Shown here: positions 37,626 to 50,015 of the stretch, in pieces
How positions within the stretch are numbered: the stretch's first letter is position 1
Layout of the letters: every line of letters starts with the position of its first letter
NCBI GenBank assembly: GCA_951406725.2
Contig: OX597829.1
Coordinates: 54,312,001-54,376,000, forward strand
Reading direction: 5' to 3'
Origin: Octopus vulgaris
Lineage: Eukaryota
DNA: 64,000 nt
Made by a program: the position numbers and the translations under genes
Notes under the pieces: model-generated
What the model saw: the letters and a program-made list of their open reading frames with translations, nothing else
What the model was told of the DNA's origin: nothing
Databases searched by the model: none

Positions 37626-37633
37626 CATTATTA

Positions 37634-37714
<81 letters not shown>

Positions 37715-38553
37715 GGTGTATTATATTATTCTTATTAGATGAAGTATAAACAGAGGAAGGAGAAAGTTATCAAAAGAGAAATAATAGTGCAATTTAAGAA
37801 ATCAATATATCTTAAGATTATTGTAGTTATGTAGGGATGAAAAGGTATATAAAAGAGGAATACACATATATATATACACATATACACACACAAACACACA
37901 GACATACACACACACACACACACATATATATATACATATATATTTACAGACAAACATACCCATAGGTACATACATATTACATGTGTTATGTACCTATGGG
38001 TATGTTTGTGCATAAATATATATGTGTGTGTGTGTGTATGTATATATATCATCATCATCATCGTTTAACGATCAATAAGAAATCAATATATCTTAAGATT
38101 ATTGTAGTTATGTAGGGATGAAAAGGTATATAAAAGAGGAATACACATATATATATATACACATATACACACACAAACACAAACCCACACACAAACATAC
38201 ACACATACACACACACACATATATATATACATATATATTTACATACAAACATACCCACAGGTACATACATATTACATGTGTTATGTACCTATGGGTATGT
38301 TTGTGCATAAATATATATGTATATATATATATGTATGTGCGTGTATGTATATATATATATATATGTATTCCTCATTTATATACCTTTTCATTCCTACATA
38401 ACTACAATAATCTTAAGATATATTGAATTCTTAAATTCTACTATTATTTCTCTTTTGATAACTTTCTCCTTCCTCTGTTTATACTTCATCTAATAAGAAT
38501 AATATAATACACCTAATAATGATAATAATAATAATTGATTCCTCTGTATGCAT
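36489..38553. mobile_element. Foldback element with about 200-bp inverted arms and a palindromic centre, carrying nested insertions
   Basis: 36489-36510 plus 37715-37865 is the reverse complement of 38362-38553; central 23-bp perfect inverted repeat at 37949-38008. Confidence 0.85.
36565..37570 (-). mobile_element. 5'-truncated R4/Dong-clade non-LTR retrotransposon (CCHC plus restriction-like endonuclease) in (TAA)n
   Basis: CRICGDGQETINHIISSC, RHD, ILWD, NRPDIVV, KxxKYKDL, IPIIVGALG and LLGTAHILRR; one frameshift near 36940; (TTA)n on both sides (36508-36564 and 37571-37714). Confidence 0.93.
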
Positions 38554-38828
38554 AGTCCTTTGTATGCATATACATATACATATAAATATATATATATGTA
38601 TAATGTCTAAAAGTTGATGAACACCACCTCTTGATCCCCTCCATTTTCTTATTGCTGTATAAATTAAGGGTAAAAAAAAACTTTTTACCCTCACCCATTT
38701 ATTACATTCAGTAGTGTGATTGCCATGCAATGAAAAATCACTTGTGTATTAATAATTGGGTATTCTTCCAGCAGTATATTGGATATTATCCCTTAGTTGG
38801 TTGGATTCACAACCTCTAACTCTCTTTG

Positions 38829-38880
<52 letters not shown>

Positions 38881-38883
<3 letters not shown>

Positions 38884-39701
38884 CTCTCGTGCTGGTGGCA
38901 CATAAAAGCAGCCACTACACTCTCAGAGTGGTTGGCATTAGGAAGGGCATCCAGCTGTAGAAACTCTGCCAGATCAAGATTAGAGCCTGGTGCAGCCATC
39001 TGGTTCACCAGTCCTCAGTCAAATCGTCCAACCCATGCTAGCATGGAAAACGGACGTTAAATGATGATGATGATGATGATGATAATATATATATGCTTCC
39101 AGCACCAGTTCCACATAGCCCCTGCCCATTCAAAGTACCTTGGGTCCCAGAACATCTCGCTGTGCTTGAGGAGACCTGTTGAGTCAAGTGCATGTACATG
39201 AACATTGAAACAAATATCAATGGAAATAGTAGTTGTGATACCTGTGCCGGTGGCACATAAAAAGCACCATCCGAACGTGGCCGTTGCCAGCGCCGCCTTG
39301 ACTGGCTTCTGTTCTGGTGGCACATAAAAAGCACCATCCGAATGTAGCCGATGCCAGCGCCGCCTCGACTGGCTTCTGTTCTGGTGGCACATAAAAAGCA
39401 CCATCCGAACGTGGCCGATGCCAGCGCCGCCTTGGCTGGCTTCCGTGCCGGTGGCACGTTAAAAGCACCAACCGATCGTGGCCGATGCCAGACCCCCCCT
39501 GGCACCTGTGCAGGTGGCACGTAAAAAGCACCCACTACACTCGCGAAGTGGTTGGCGTTAGGAAGGGCAGCCAGCCGTAGAAACACTGCCAGATCAGACT
39601 GGAGCCTGGTGCTGCCCCGGGCTTCCCAGACCCCAGTCGAACCGTCCAACCCGTGCTAGCACGGAAAACGGACGTTAAACGAGGATGATGATGATGATGA
39701 T
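38881..39701 (+). mobile_element. Two tandem PHD-RTE LINE 3' ends (38881-39083; 39100-39701)
   Basis: Both end in ggacgttaaa followed by (gat)n; the second carries several about 67-bp UTR units. Confidence 0.88.
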
Positions 39702-39868
39702 AAGCATTTAAAGGTAGAAGATAAAGATAAATTGCAATAAAAATGTTAAATGGCATTAAATTTGAGTCATAAAATGGAGAAAACAATGAGATAACATATG
39801 TCTACACACACACATGAACAACCAAAATGCTCATGTGTATGCACATACACACACACATATACATACTT

Positions 39869-39941
<73 letters not shown>

Positions 39942-40139
39942 TATATAGACATATATACATATATAGACACACACATAGATACATATACACACACACACAC
40001 ACGCACACACATACACACACATACTCATATGGCATAAAGGCATGCCCTCTGGACAAAAGGAAAACAAATATATACAAAAATATCTAAGAGACCCAAAAAA
40101 TAGGCCAATAACCAAGAAAGTTCAATAACCAATTAAGTA

Positions 40140-40483
40140 GAAGAAAAATAAGTTTATGAGTTTAGTGTCTTTTGTTGCACTTGTCAAATAGGAGACCAGA
40201 TATTCACAATATACTTGATCGCATGTCGGCAGGTACTTTGCCTTTCGTTTTTAAGTACCATATGTAACTAGAGAGCTTTGTGCTTTTATGAACACTCCAA
40301 TTGCTAAAGGAGTGGGAATAGTATTAAACTTCACTTTGAAGTTTTCTTCAGTAAGCCCCAAGTGATTCTCAGCAGAGATTGTGTTGTCAACACCGGTCAC
40401 TTTGACCGACACTTCAAACATGAAGGCCTTGGTCTTACAGGCTCCATTCAGCAAGCACAGATCTGCATTATTGCAAGAACAGC
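40140..40483 (-). pseudogene. Penelope-like GIY-YIG endonuclease fragment
   Basis: CSCNNADLCLLNGACKTKAFMFEVSV...ENHLGLTEENFKVKFN, then shifted frame STKLSSYIWYLK. Confidence 0.75.
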
Positions 40484-40487
40484 TTAA

Positions 40488-40708
40488 CCCTTTAGTGTTC
40501 ACATTATTCTGCCAAAATTAATCCTTTTTTATCCACATTGTTTTGAACTAATCATACATTATTTTGTAGCTTTGAGATTTTGATGAGGTAACTGTTAACT
40601 TTTAAAATGATATTGTAGGGTTGGTGTGAGAGACCAGATCTGGCCAGTTTGAACATAAAATAGGCAGAGTACTTTTGGCCGGATATGGCCGGTTTAAAAG
40701 CTAAAGGG
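40488..40708 (+). mobile_element. piggyBac-like MITE
   Basis: TTAA|CCCTTTAG ... CTAAAGGG|TTAA termini and TSD. Confidence 0.85.
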
Positions 40709-41039
40709 TTAAATCATAAAATGCCACAACAAGTGCAAAAGTTTGTTAAATATCTTGATTGCTTATTTGAAGGGCATTTAGTGGATGGTATGATTCAGGT
40801 CTACTTTTGTGAAAATGCTGGCTTTATTAAAAGATACAGATGAACATGCATGCATATGTGTTTGTGTATGTGATAAACCAGATGTTCCAGTATGACTACT
40901 TAGATAAATTTTAAATATGTATGTGTGTGGTTTGTGCATGTGTAAGTGTAAGTTTATATACATGTATGAGAACAGGCAAGAGAAATGTTCAGAATAATCA
41001 TGACCTTTGAAAAATTCTACTGAAATTTGTTAGAATTAT

Positions 41040-41466
41040 ACTCTCTTTACTCTTTTACTCTTTTACTTGTTTCAGTTATTTGACTGTGGCCATGCTGGAG
41101 CACCGCCTTTAATCAAGCAACTCGACCCTGGGACTTATTCTTTTGTAAGCCCAGTACTTATTCGATCGGTCTCTTTTGCCGAACCGCTAAGTAATGGGGA
41201 CGTAAACACACCAGCATCGGTTGTCAAGCAATGTTGGGGGGACAAACACAGACACACAAATACACACACGCATATATATATATATATATATATACATATA
41301 TACGACGGGCTTCTTTCAGTTTCCGTCTACCAAATCCACTCACAAGGCTTTGGTCGGCCCAAGGCTATAGTAGAAGACACTTGCCCAAGGTGCCACGCAG
41401 TGGGACTGAACCCGGAACCATGTGGTTGGTAAACAAGCTACTTACCACACAGCCACTCCTGCGCCT
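41040..41466 (-). mobile_element. tRNA-derived SINE, family A (young, full-length)
   Basis: Minus strand aggcgcaggagtggctgtgtggtaag...ccgggttcagtccc; tail (aaaagagt)n. Confidence 0.92.
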
Positions 41467-42059
41467 ATCAGTAAATTTAATTTAATTTAATGATTCTTTT
41501 CAAAGTGGAAAAAAGCAGTTTGTAGTATATAACTATTGTTTTAGGTAGAAGACATATTCTGTCAATTGAGCAATATATTAGTGAGTGCAACTGTTTTGTA
41601 CTCCTGCCAGAAAAAAATGTTAAATGCACTGCCCAAAGGAATGGAAAGTGAGATGTGTTGACATTCACGATTCATTCCTATGAATGATAATCTCTATCCA
41701 TTGTAGGGTCCTTGAAACGTCCCCCTTACACAGGAGGAACACCAATTCAATAATTGTTATTTAGTTGGATACCAATCAACTATGAAGAATTAGTGTTTAG
41801 CAATGTTCTGCTGTGGGTCTAGTGGAGCTGATACATGTCAGTCGATGCAGGTGAAGTGAATTAATAAGGTTGTGTTAGACATTACAGCATTGGATGGTAT
41901 TCCATTTATGTACTGCAATGATGGAATGTTAGCTGGATTGAAACAGAATAGCATACAGGTTACGGAGGCAGTTTTTGTATGCCTTTGTACAAAAGCATAC
42001 AAAAGGTTCTGTAGGGCCAAGGAGAACCTTGTTGATGAGGTTTTAAGAAAGGATGATAA

Positions 42060-42372
42060 CATCATCATCATCATCATCATTTAACGTCCATTGTCCATGC
42101 TGGCATGGGTTGGATGGTTTGACCAAGCTGGTAAGCTGAGGGGCTGCTCTAGACTCCAGTCTGATTTGGCATGGTTTTCTACAGACGGGTGCCCTTCCTA
42201 ATACCAACCAATCCAAGAGTGTAATGAGTGCTTTTACGTGCCACTCGTACAGGTGCCATTTATGTGACACCAGTATCTGCCATGACTATAATTTTGCTTG
42301 GTTTGATGGGTCTTCTTCAGAAGCATGACATAATGCCAAAGGTCTTGGTCATTGGCTCCATGAAGCCAACAG
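42060..42372 (-). mobile_element. PHD-RTE LINE 3' end
   Basis: (CAT)n followed by ttaacgtcc..ccatgctggcatgg. Confidence 0.8.
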
Positions 42373-42945
42373 TAATAATAAAATTCTCACTGAAGACTGA
42401 GACTGCTATTTCTATTAGGGAATGTGGTTTGATGTCATCTGTTCTTGTTAGACATGACTTACACATCTTGTTTACACAACGCTGGTTAAAATTTTATACT
42501 TTGTTAAAATGTTCATTGAATCAGGGACCAGAGAAAAGAAAAGGACGAAGGACAAAAACAATATTAGGGAAGCAATTTATGGAAGGTTAAATGTTTAATT
42601 AATGATTAAAAGTCAAACCGACTGAATATTACCGTGTCTTATCAATAAAAAACCTGTGAGTTGTTGATTTTGTTTATCTCTTTTTTTTGTGTGTGTTTCT
42701 GAAAAACACTACACCCAAAATTCTTCAAATAATTAATGAATAAAGAGAAAGATAAAAGCAAATAAAACAAAGGGCACCTACAACCAGGACCAGATCTAAA
42801 CCAAAGTTCAGTGTGCCTCTTATACACAAGAATTAAAATCTTAGAAAATTACCAAATTTAAATCTCAAAACCCATTTATTTCAAATACTTGAATTTGGTG
42901 AGTTAGTAGAGAAAGTTTAAATAAATGACTGAAAATGTTGCTTTA

Positions 42946-43371
42946 TACTCTCTTTTACTCTTTTACTCTTTTACTTGTTTCAGTCATTTGACTGCGGCCA
43001 AGCTGGAGCACTGCCTTTAGTCGAGCAAATCGACCCCGGGACTTAGTCTTTGTAAGCTCAGTACTTATTCTATCGGTCTCTTTTGCCGAACCGCTAAGTG
43101 ACGGGGACGTAAACACAGCAGCATCGGTTGTCAAGCAATGCTAGGGGGGCAAACACAGACACACAAACATATACACACACACACGCATATATATATATAC
43201 ATATATATGACAGGCTTCTTTCAGTTTACGTCTACCAAATCCACTCACAAGGCATTGGTCGGCCCAGGGCTATAGCAGAAGACACTTGCCCAAGATGCCA
43301 CGCAGTGGGACTGAACCCAGAACCATGTGGTTGGTTAGCAAGCTACTTACCACACAGCCACTCCTGCACCT
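42946..43371 (-). mobile_element. tRNA-derived SINE, family A (full-length)
   Basis: Highly similar to 41040-41466. Confidence 0.92.
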
Positions 43372-43602
43372 AGATTCACTTTTTCAAAATTCAAATTCTG
43401 TTTTTCACGCATCCACTTATGGTGTTTGACTTTTCCTTCATTGTGAAAAGTACAATGAAGGGGAGGGAAGAGGCAGGGTAAGATTGTTCTCTTTTACTGT
43501 GAATTACAAATGCTTCAGAATGCAGAATAAGATAAAATCACAGAAAATTATGAAAAAGAAAACAAATCATTTTTGTGGTTGTTGCTGTTCCAAAGGCATG
43601 AT

Positions 43603-43660
<58 letters not shown>

Positions 43661-44007
43661 GGGGTGGGGGTGGAGACACCAACATTTAAAAGACATGGAT
43701 TTTAAACGTTCTTGTTTTGAAAGGGGTTCCTTTCATTGTTTTACAATGCGTGAAAAAAAAGTGATTGGGGAATGAGTGAAATTCTGACGAAATGGAGAAT
43801 TTCAAACAGCTATTCCTGAAAGTCTGCTTTTCCAACTTCCTGTAAGGGTAGGAGGGGCACAATGGATAATATTTTCTGCATTTTTGACTTTAAAGAAAAT
43901 ATATTTTGAAAAAATGTTCACTACCTTTTGCCAAAACTATATCAGTGAAGTAAAGACCTTCTCTAAATGCAGTAAAACCTATAACATATTTAGTACACTA
44001 TTTAGTA

Positions 44008-45043
44008 CACATGGGCCGTGACTGCTGAGGACATGCGTAAGCTCACGAGGAATGAAGCCAGTATGCTCCGATGGATGTGTAATGTCAGTGTGCATACTCG
44101 ACAGAGCGTTAGTACCTTGAGAGAAATGTTGGACCTAAGAAGCATCAGTTGTGGTGTGCAAGAGAGACGATTGCACTGGTATGGTCATGTGGCGAGAATG
44201 GATGAAGATAGGTGTGTGAAAATGTGCCAATCCCTAGCAGTTGAGGGAACCCGTGGAAGAGGTAGACCCAGGAAAACCTGGAACGAGCTGGTGAAGCACG
44301 ATCTTCGAACTTTAGGCCTCACCGAGGCAATGACTAGCAACTGAGACCTTTGGAAATATGCTGTGCATGAGAAGACCAGGCAGGACAAGTGAGTCCAGCC
44401 CACTTATGCATGTCTTTCCTCCCTTGGACACACAAAGACCTGTTGAGGCAAGCGAAGTCGATATCGAACCTCATCCAATGACAGGCACCCATGCCAACCT
44501 CCCTTCATTGGACACTAAACTCTGCTTGCGAAGACCTGTTGGGGCAAGTGAAATCGGAACCAAAATTGAACCAATCCTATGACTGGCACCCGGCAGTTAC
44601 CAGGACTGCTGGACTGACTCCTGTGCAGGTGGCAAGTGAAGAAACACCATTTCGACCCTGTGCTTGAGGAGATCCATTGAGTCAAGTACACCAACATCAA
44701 AATCAATGGAAACTGCAGTTGTGATCCCTGAGCCGGTGGCACGTAAAAAGCACCATCTGAAGGTGACCGATGCCAGCGCCGCCTAGACTGGCTTCCATGC
44801 CGGTGGCACATGAAAAGTGCTATCCGAATCGTGGCCATTGCCAGCCTCGCCTGGCACCTGTGCAGGTGGCACGTAAAAATCATCCACTACACTCACGGAG
44901 TGGTTGGCATTAGGAAGGGCATCCAGCTGTAGAAACACTGCCAGATCAGACTGGAGCCTAGTGCAGCCTTCTGGCTTCCCAGATCTCCGGTTGAACCGTC
45001 CAACTTGTGCTAGCATGGAGAACGGACATTAAACGATGATGAT
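44008..45043 (+). mobile_element. PHD-RTE LINE 3' kilobase
   Basis: TWAVTAEDMRKL..RRLHWYGHVARM..RGRGRPRKTW; UTR with triplicated gacctgttgaggcaag; (GAT)n tail. Confidence 0.92.
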
Positions 45044-46010
45044 TTCAGAAAGGAAAAAAAAAAAAAAAAGGGACAAATTTAAGCGGGGCAAAATGGATAA
45101 AACAAGAGAAATTTGCTTCTCTAGAATTACACTTCAAAATGACTCATACACATAAACATCCATCTTAGACATCGGAAAGATAAGAAATGCAACAAAAGTT
45201 TAAATATTTTGGTCAAAATGAAAGAGGATCACACAAAAATATCATAGGATATGAAATTAATGAAACTCCACTAAATCTAAAGTCAACATATAACATCTAT
45301 AAGGTCTTCACCAAAAATTATCCAGATATTTTATTAGCTGCCTCAATTACACCCAGGTCAAATTTGAGGAAAAATTTCTTGAAAATAGTACCTGTCACCT
45401 ATGTTTCATACTCTCAACTTCAACAACCATGTAAACTATACTGACCAAATTTTACTCCCAAAGATGGTACCAAATGGGAGAAAATGACAAAATATCAGAA
45501 ATTATTTATTTTGACACTGTTACCAATTTTGCCCTACTTCCATATAGTAATACCAAGTGTTTGATAGAATGATGAAAAATATAGGAGAAAATTAGAAAGA
45601 AAAATGGTTTGATTTAATGAAAAACATTTGAATATATATGTGATAATTCTAAAGCCAAAAAAAGAATGCTTTTAGCTGTTGAGAGATGTAATTTTATAAT
45701 TAAAACTAAATTCAAAATTTAAATTTTGGAACATATTTCTTTACCTGTTTCATAAAATAAGACCAGTTTTCAATGCCTCGCTGAAATTAGTTTAGAAATA
45801 AAAATGTGTATGTGTGTGAGTGCACCTTTAACTGTAATTGGCCAAGCCAAAGTCAAGCTCAGTCATGCATTGAAAGAAGGAATTTGGAATTTAGTCTAGA
45901 GACAATAACTTTTTTCTATCAATTTCTTTATCTTCATATACATTTATACTTACACACACACAGACACATCTGCTCACAGATACATACATACATACATACA
46001 TACTTACATG

Positions 46011-47697
46011 CATTATTTCGTAATATTGGCTATGCAGTTTTACAAAGATGTAGCTGTGGGCTGGACAAAGACACAATGATAATGGAGTGCAAAAAATGGT
46101 TGGTGGGAGAAACAGACAACGTCCACCGATTGCTGCTTCTCGAAAACATTGTTCTCTTTTTTTCAACAAAACAAAATGAGGTATTGAGCCTCTTACCAAA
46201 GTTCAAAGAATGGATGCAATCGTCCTTACAAATTGAGCCACTGAGCCTCTTACCAAAAAATAAAAATTCTATTTCAAATTGAGGCATTAAGGCCTTTTAC
46301 TTTTCCTCCCTAACCAGGCAACTTGCCTCCTGCAAGCAATCCTGCATTTCTAAGTCGGGGCCACAGAAACCATAACTGTATTGGTCCTTGGGAAAGGAGT
46401 CCATCACCCTGAACATATAATTTCCCATTATGACCACTACAGTTACCTGTGGAGAGGCCAATCTGGGTCTTCAGTACAGGACAGGACCCCTTCTCTCCGG
46501 CCCTCTAGCTTCTTCACAAAGCTCTGTACAGTCCCTCCCTTATGAAAGAAGATCACAAATTCATCCTTCGTCATAATGGGAGGGGTCCACAGTTTCCTCC
46601 GTCGGTGGCACAATTCCCACCAAAGAGGTTTCAGGACATGCCGGCAGTGTACTACTAACCGCCGGCAATGTCCCATTCTTCTTCTTCTTTATTTTTCTGC
46701 CCTGTGCTACGGGAGGGTGTAGTTCTTCCATTTTATCCGGAGGACCTTCCCTCCCTCCCACAGCCTTGGGGTCCTTCGGTGGGCAACCTTTGTTGCGCAC
46801 CTTTTACCTTTTTTCAATGAGGTGGAGACCTCCTTGACTGCCTCCATCTCTCCCTTTCAAAGGAGGAAGGGGGCGCTACTTTTACTAACTGCTGCAGGAC
46901 CCTACTTTGGTCCTGGGGACAGTCCTTCTTAATATGGCCTGGTTCCAGGTACAGGTGACACTTAGGTGGGGGTGTCCCTCAAGTATCACTGCGTACCTTC
47001 AACCAGCCATTTTCAAAAAATCTGGAAATACCTGATCTTTAGCGGCTGATTGTGTCCATAGGGTCAAAACCGCTTTTGACCCCACCCAATCAGCCGCCAG
47101 CAGCAATTTCACATTTAAAAGCTTAGGCCTGCTGCTACCTAGACCCCGGCAGATAGTGTCCTCTATCCATTCTGATTCAATGCCTGGTGGTAGCCCTCAG
47201 ACCCAAACTCTTGTTAATTTCTTCCCTCAATATGTCAGAAGAAACAGAATCTTTTGCCCTTCTAAGGGCTGGCTCGCAAATTTGCGAGCCACGTCAGGGG
47301 TGTCAAATAGCAACCACACCGTTGTATATCTAACACCTCTGGAAATAAACTTAATAGTTGGCAGATGCTCTGCTAATTCTTTTTCTATTTCTGTCTTAGG
47401 AAAGACAACGATGGAGTCGAGTGATTTAGAATAAGTCCTCAACATCACCGTTCTTTCCTCTAAGTTTTTTAGCCATTACTTGGGTGGGATGATTTCCCAC
47501 TCCAATGCAGTGTTTCATTTCTTCGCCATACTTTGAAGAAAAAGTTCAGGAAACAGTTCAGACAAAAACCCACAAAAGTCTAAACAGAGTCAAAAAACAG
47601 TTCGAAGGAAGACAAAGAAGAGAAACAAGAAGGAAGGAAGACAGTTCAAAACATGGCAGCACATAACTCTAGCCACCTGGTACTCCTGGCCAAAAGG
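46011..47697 (-). mobile_element. Internally deleted L1/Tx1-like LINE (ORF1 with RRM-like region and zinc knuckle, plus an endonuclease remnant) flanked by (TATG)n
   Basis: T-rich 5' UTR; VWLLFDTPDVARKF; RVWV*GLPPGI; KCHLYLEPGHIKKDCP (decayed CCHC); VVIMGN resembles APE IxxGDFN. Confidence 0.7.
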
Positions 47698-47859
47698 TAC
47701 ATACATACATACATAGTCATACATACATACATACATACATACATTCATACATACATACATACATACATACATACATACATACATACACATACATACATAC
47801 AAACATACATACATACATACATACATACATACACACACACGCATACATACATACATACA

Positions 47860-47893
<34 letters not shown>

Positions 47894-49775
47894 CATACAC
47901 ACATAGACACACACATACATACATACATACATACATGCATGCATACATACATACATACATACATACGTACGTACATACATACATACATGCATACATACAC
48001 ATACACACATACATACATTCATACATACATTCATGCATACATACATACATACACACACATACATACATACATACATACATACATACATTCATACATACAT
48101 ACATGCATGCATGCATGCATACATACATACATACATACACACATACATACATACATACATACATACATTCATACGTACATACATACATACATACATACAT
48201 ACATACATACATTCATACATACATTCATACATACATTCATACATACATACATACATACATACATACATACATACATGCATGCATACATACATACATTCAT
48301 ACATACATACATACATACATACATTCATACATACATTCATACATACATACATACATTCATACATACATACATACATACATACATACATACATACATACAT
48401 ACATACATACATACATACATACATACATACATACATACATACATACATTCATACATACATTCATACATACATACATACATACATTCATACATACATTCAT
48501 ACATACATACATACATACATACATACATACATACATACATTCATACATACACACATACATACATTCATACATACATACATACATACATACATTCATACAT
48601 ACATACATACATACATACATACATACATACATACATCCGTACATACATACATACATACATACATACATACATACATACATACATACATACATACATACAT
48701 ACATACATACATACATACATACATACATACATACATACATACATACATACATACATACATACATTCATACATACATTCATACATACACACATACATACAT
48801 TCATACATACATACATACATACATACATACATACATACATACATACATACATACATACATTCATACATACATACATACATACATACATACATACATACAC
48901 ACATACATACATACATACATACATACATACATACATACATACATACATACATACATACATTCATACATACATTCATACATACACACATACATACATACAT
49001 ACATACATACATACATACATACATACATACATACATACATACATACACACATACATACATACATACATACATACATACATACATACATACATACATACAT
49101 ACATACATACATACATACATACATACATACATACATACATACATACATACATACATACATACATACATACATACATACATACATACATACATACATACAT
49201 ACATACATACATACATACATACATACATACATACATACATACATACATACATACATACACACATACATACATACACACATACATACATACATACATACAT
49301 TCATACATACATACATACATACATACATACATACATACATACATACATACATACATACATACATACATACATACATACATACATACATACATACATACAT
49401 ACATACATACATACATACATACATACATACATACATACATACATACATACATACATACATACATACATACATACATACATACATACATACATACATACAT
49501 ACATACATACATACATACATACATACATACATACATACATACATACATACATACATACATACATACATACATACATACATACATACATACATACACACAT
49601 ACATACATACACACATACATACATACATACATACATACATACATACATACATACATACATACATACATACATACATACATACACACATACATACATACAC
49701 ACATACATACATACATACATACATACATACATACATACATACATACATACATACATACATACATACATACATACA

Positions 49776-49809
<34 letters not shown>

Positions 49810-49955
49810 CATACATACATACATACATACATACATACATACATACACACATACATACATACACACATACATACATACATACATACATACATACATACAT
49901 ACATACATACATACATACATACATACATACATACATACATACATACATACATACA

Positions 49956-49989
<34 letters not shown>

Positions 49990-50015
49990 CATACATACAT
50001 ACATACATACATACA
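47698..50015. repeat. About 2.3-kb (CATA)n tetranucleotide array
   Basis: Read directly; variant units CATT, CACA and CATG. Confidence 0.98.

Noticed and set aside
39240-39540. CRISPR-like repeat-spacer array
   Set aside because: The spacers are mutually homologous, there are no cas genes, and it lies in a eukaryotic LINE 3' UTR.
43850-45545. DNA transposon with GGGGCAAAATGG-like subterminal motifs
   Set aside because: Motifs are seen near 43855, 45085 and inverted near 45530, but no termini, TSD or transposase could be fixed.
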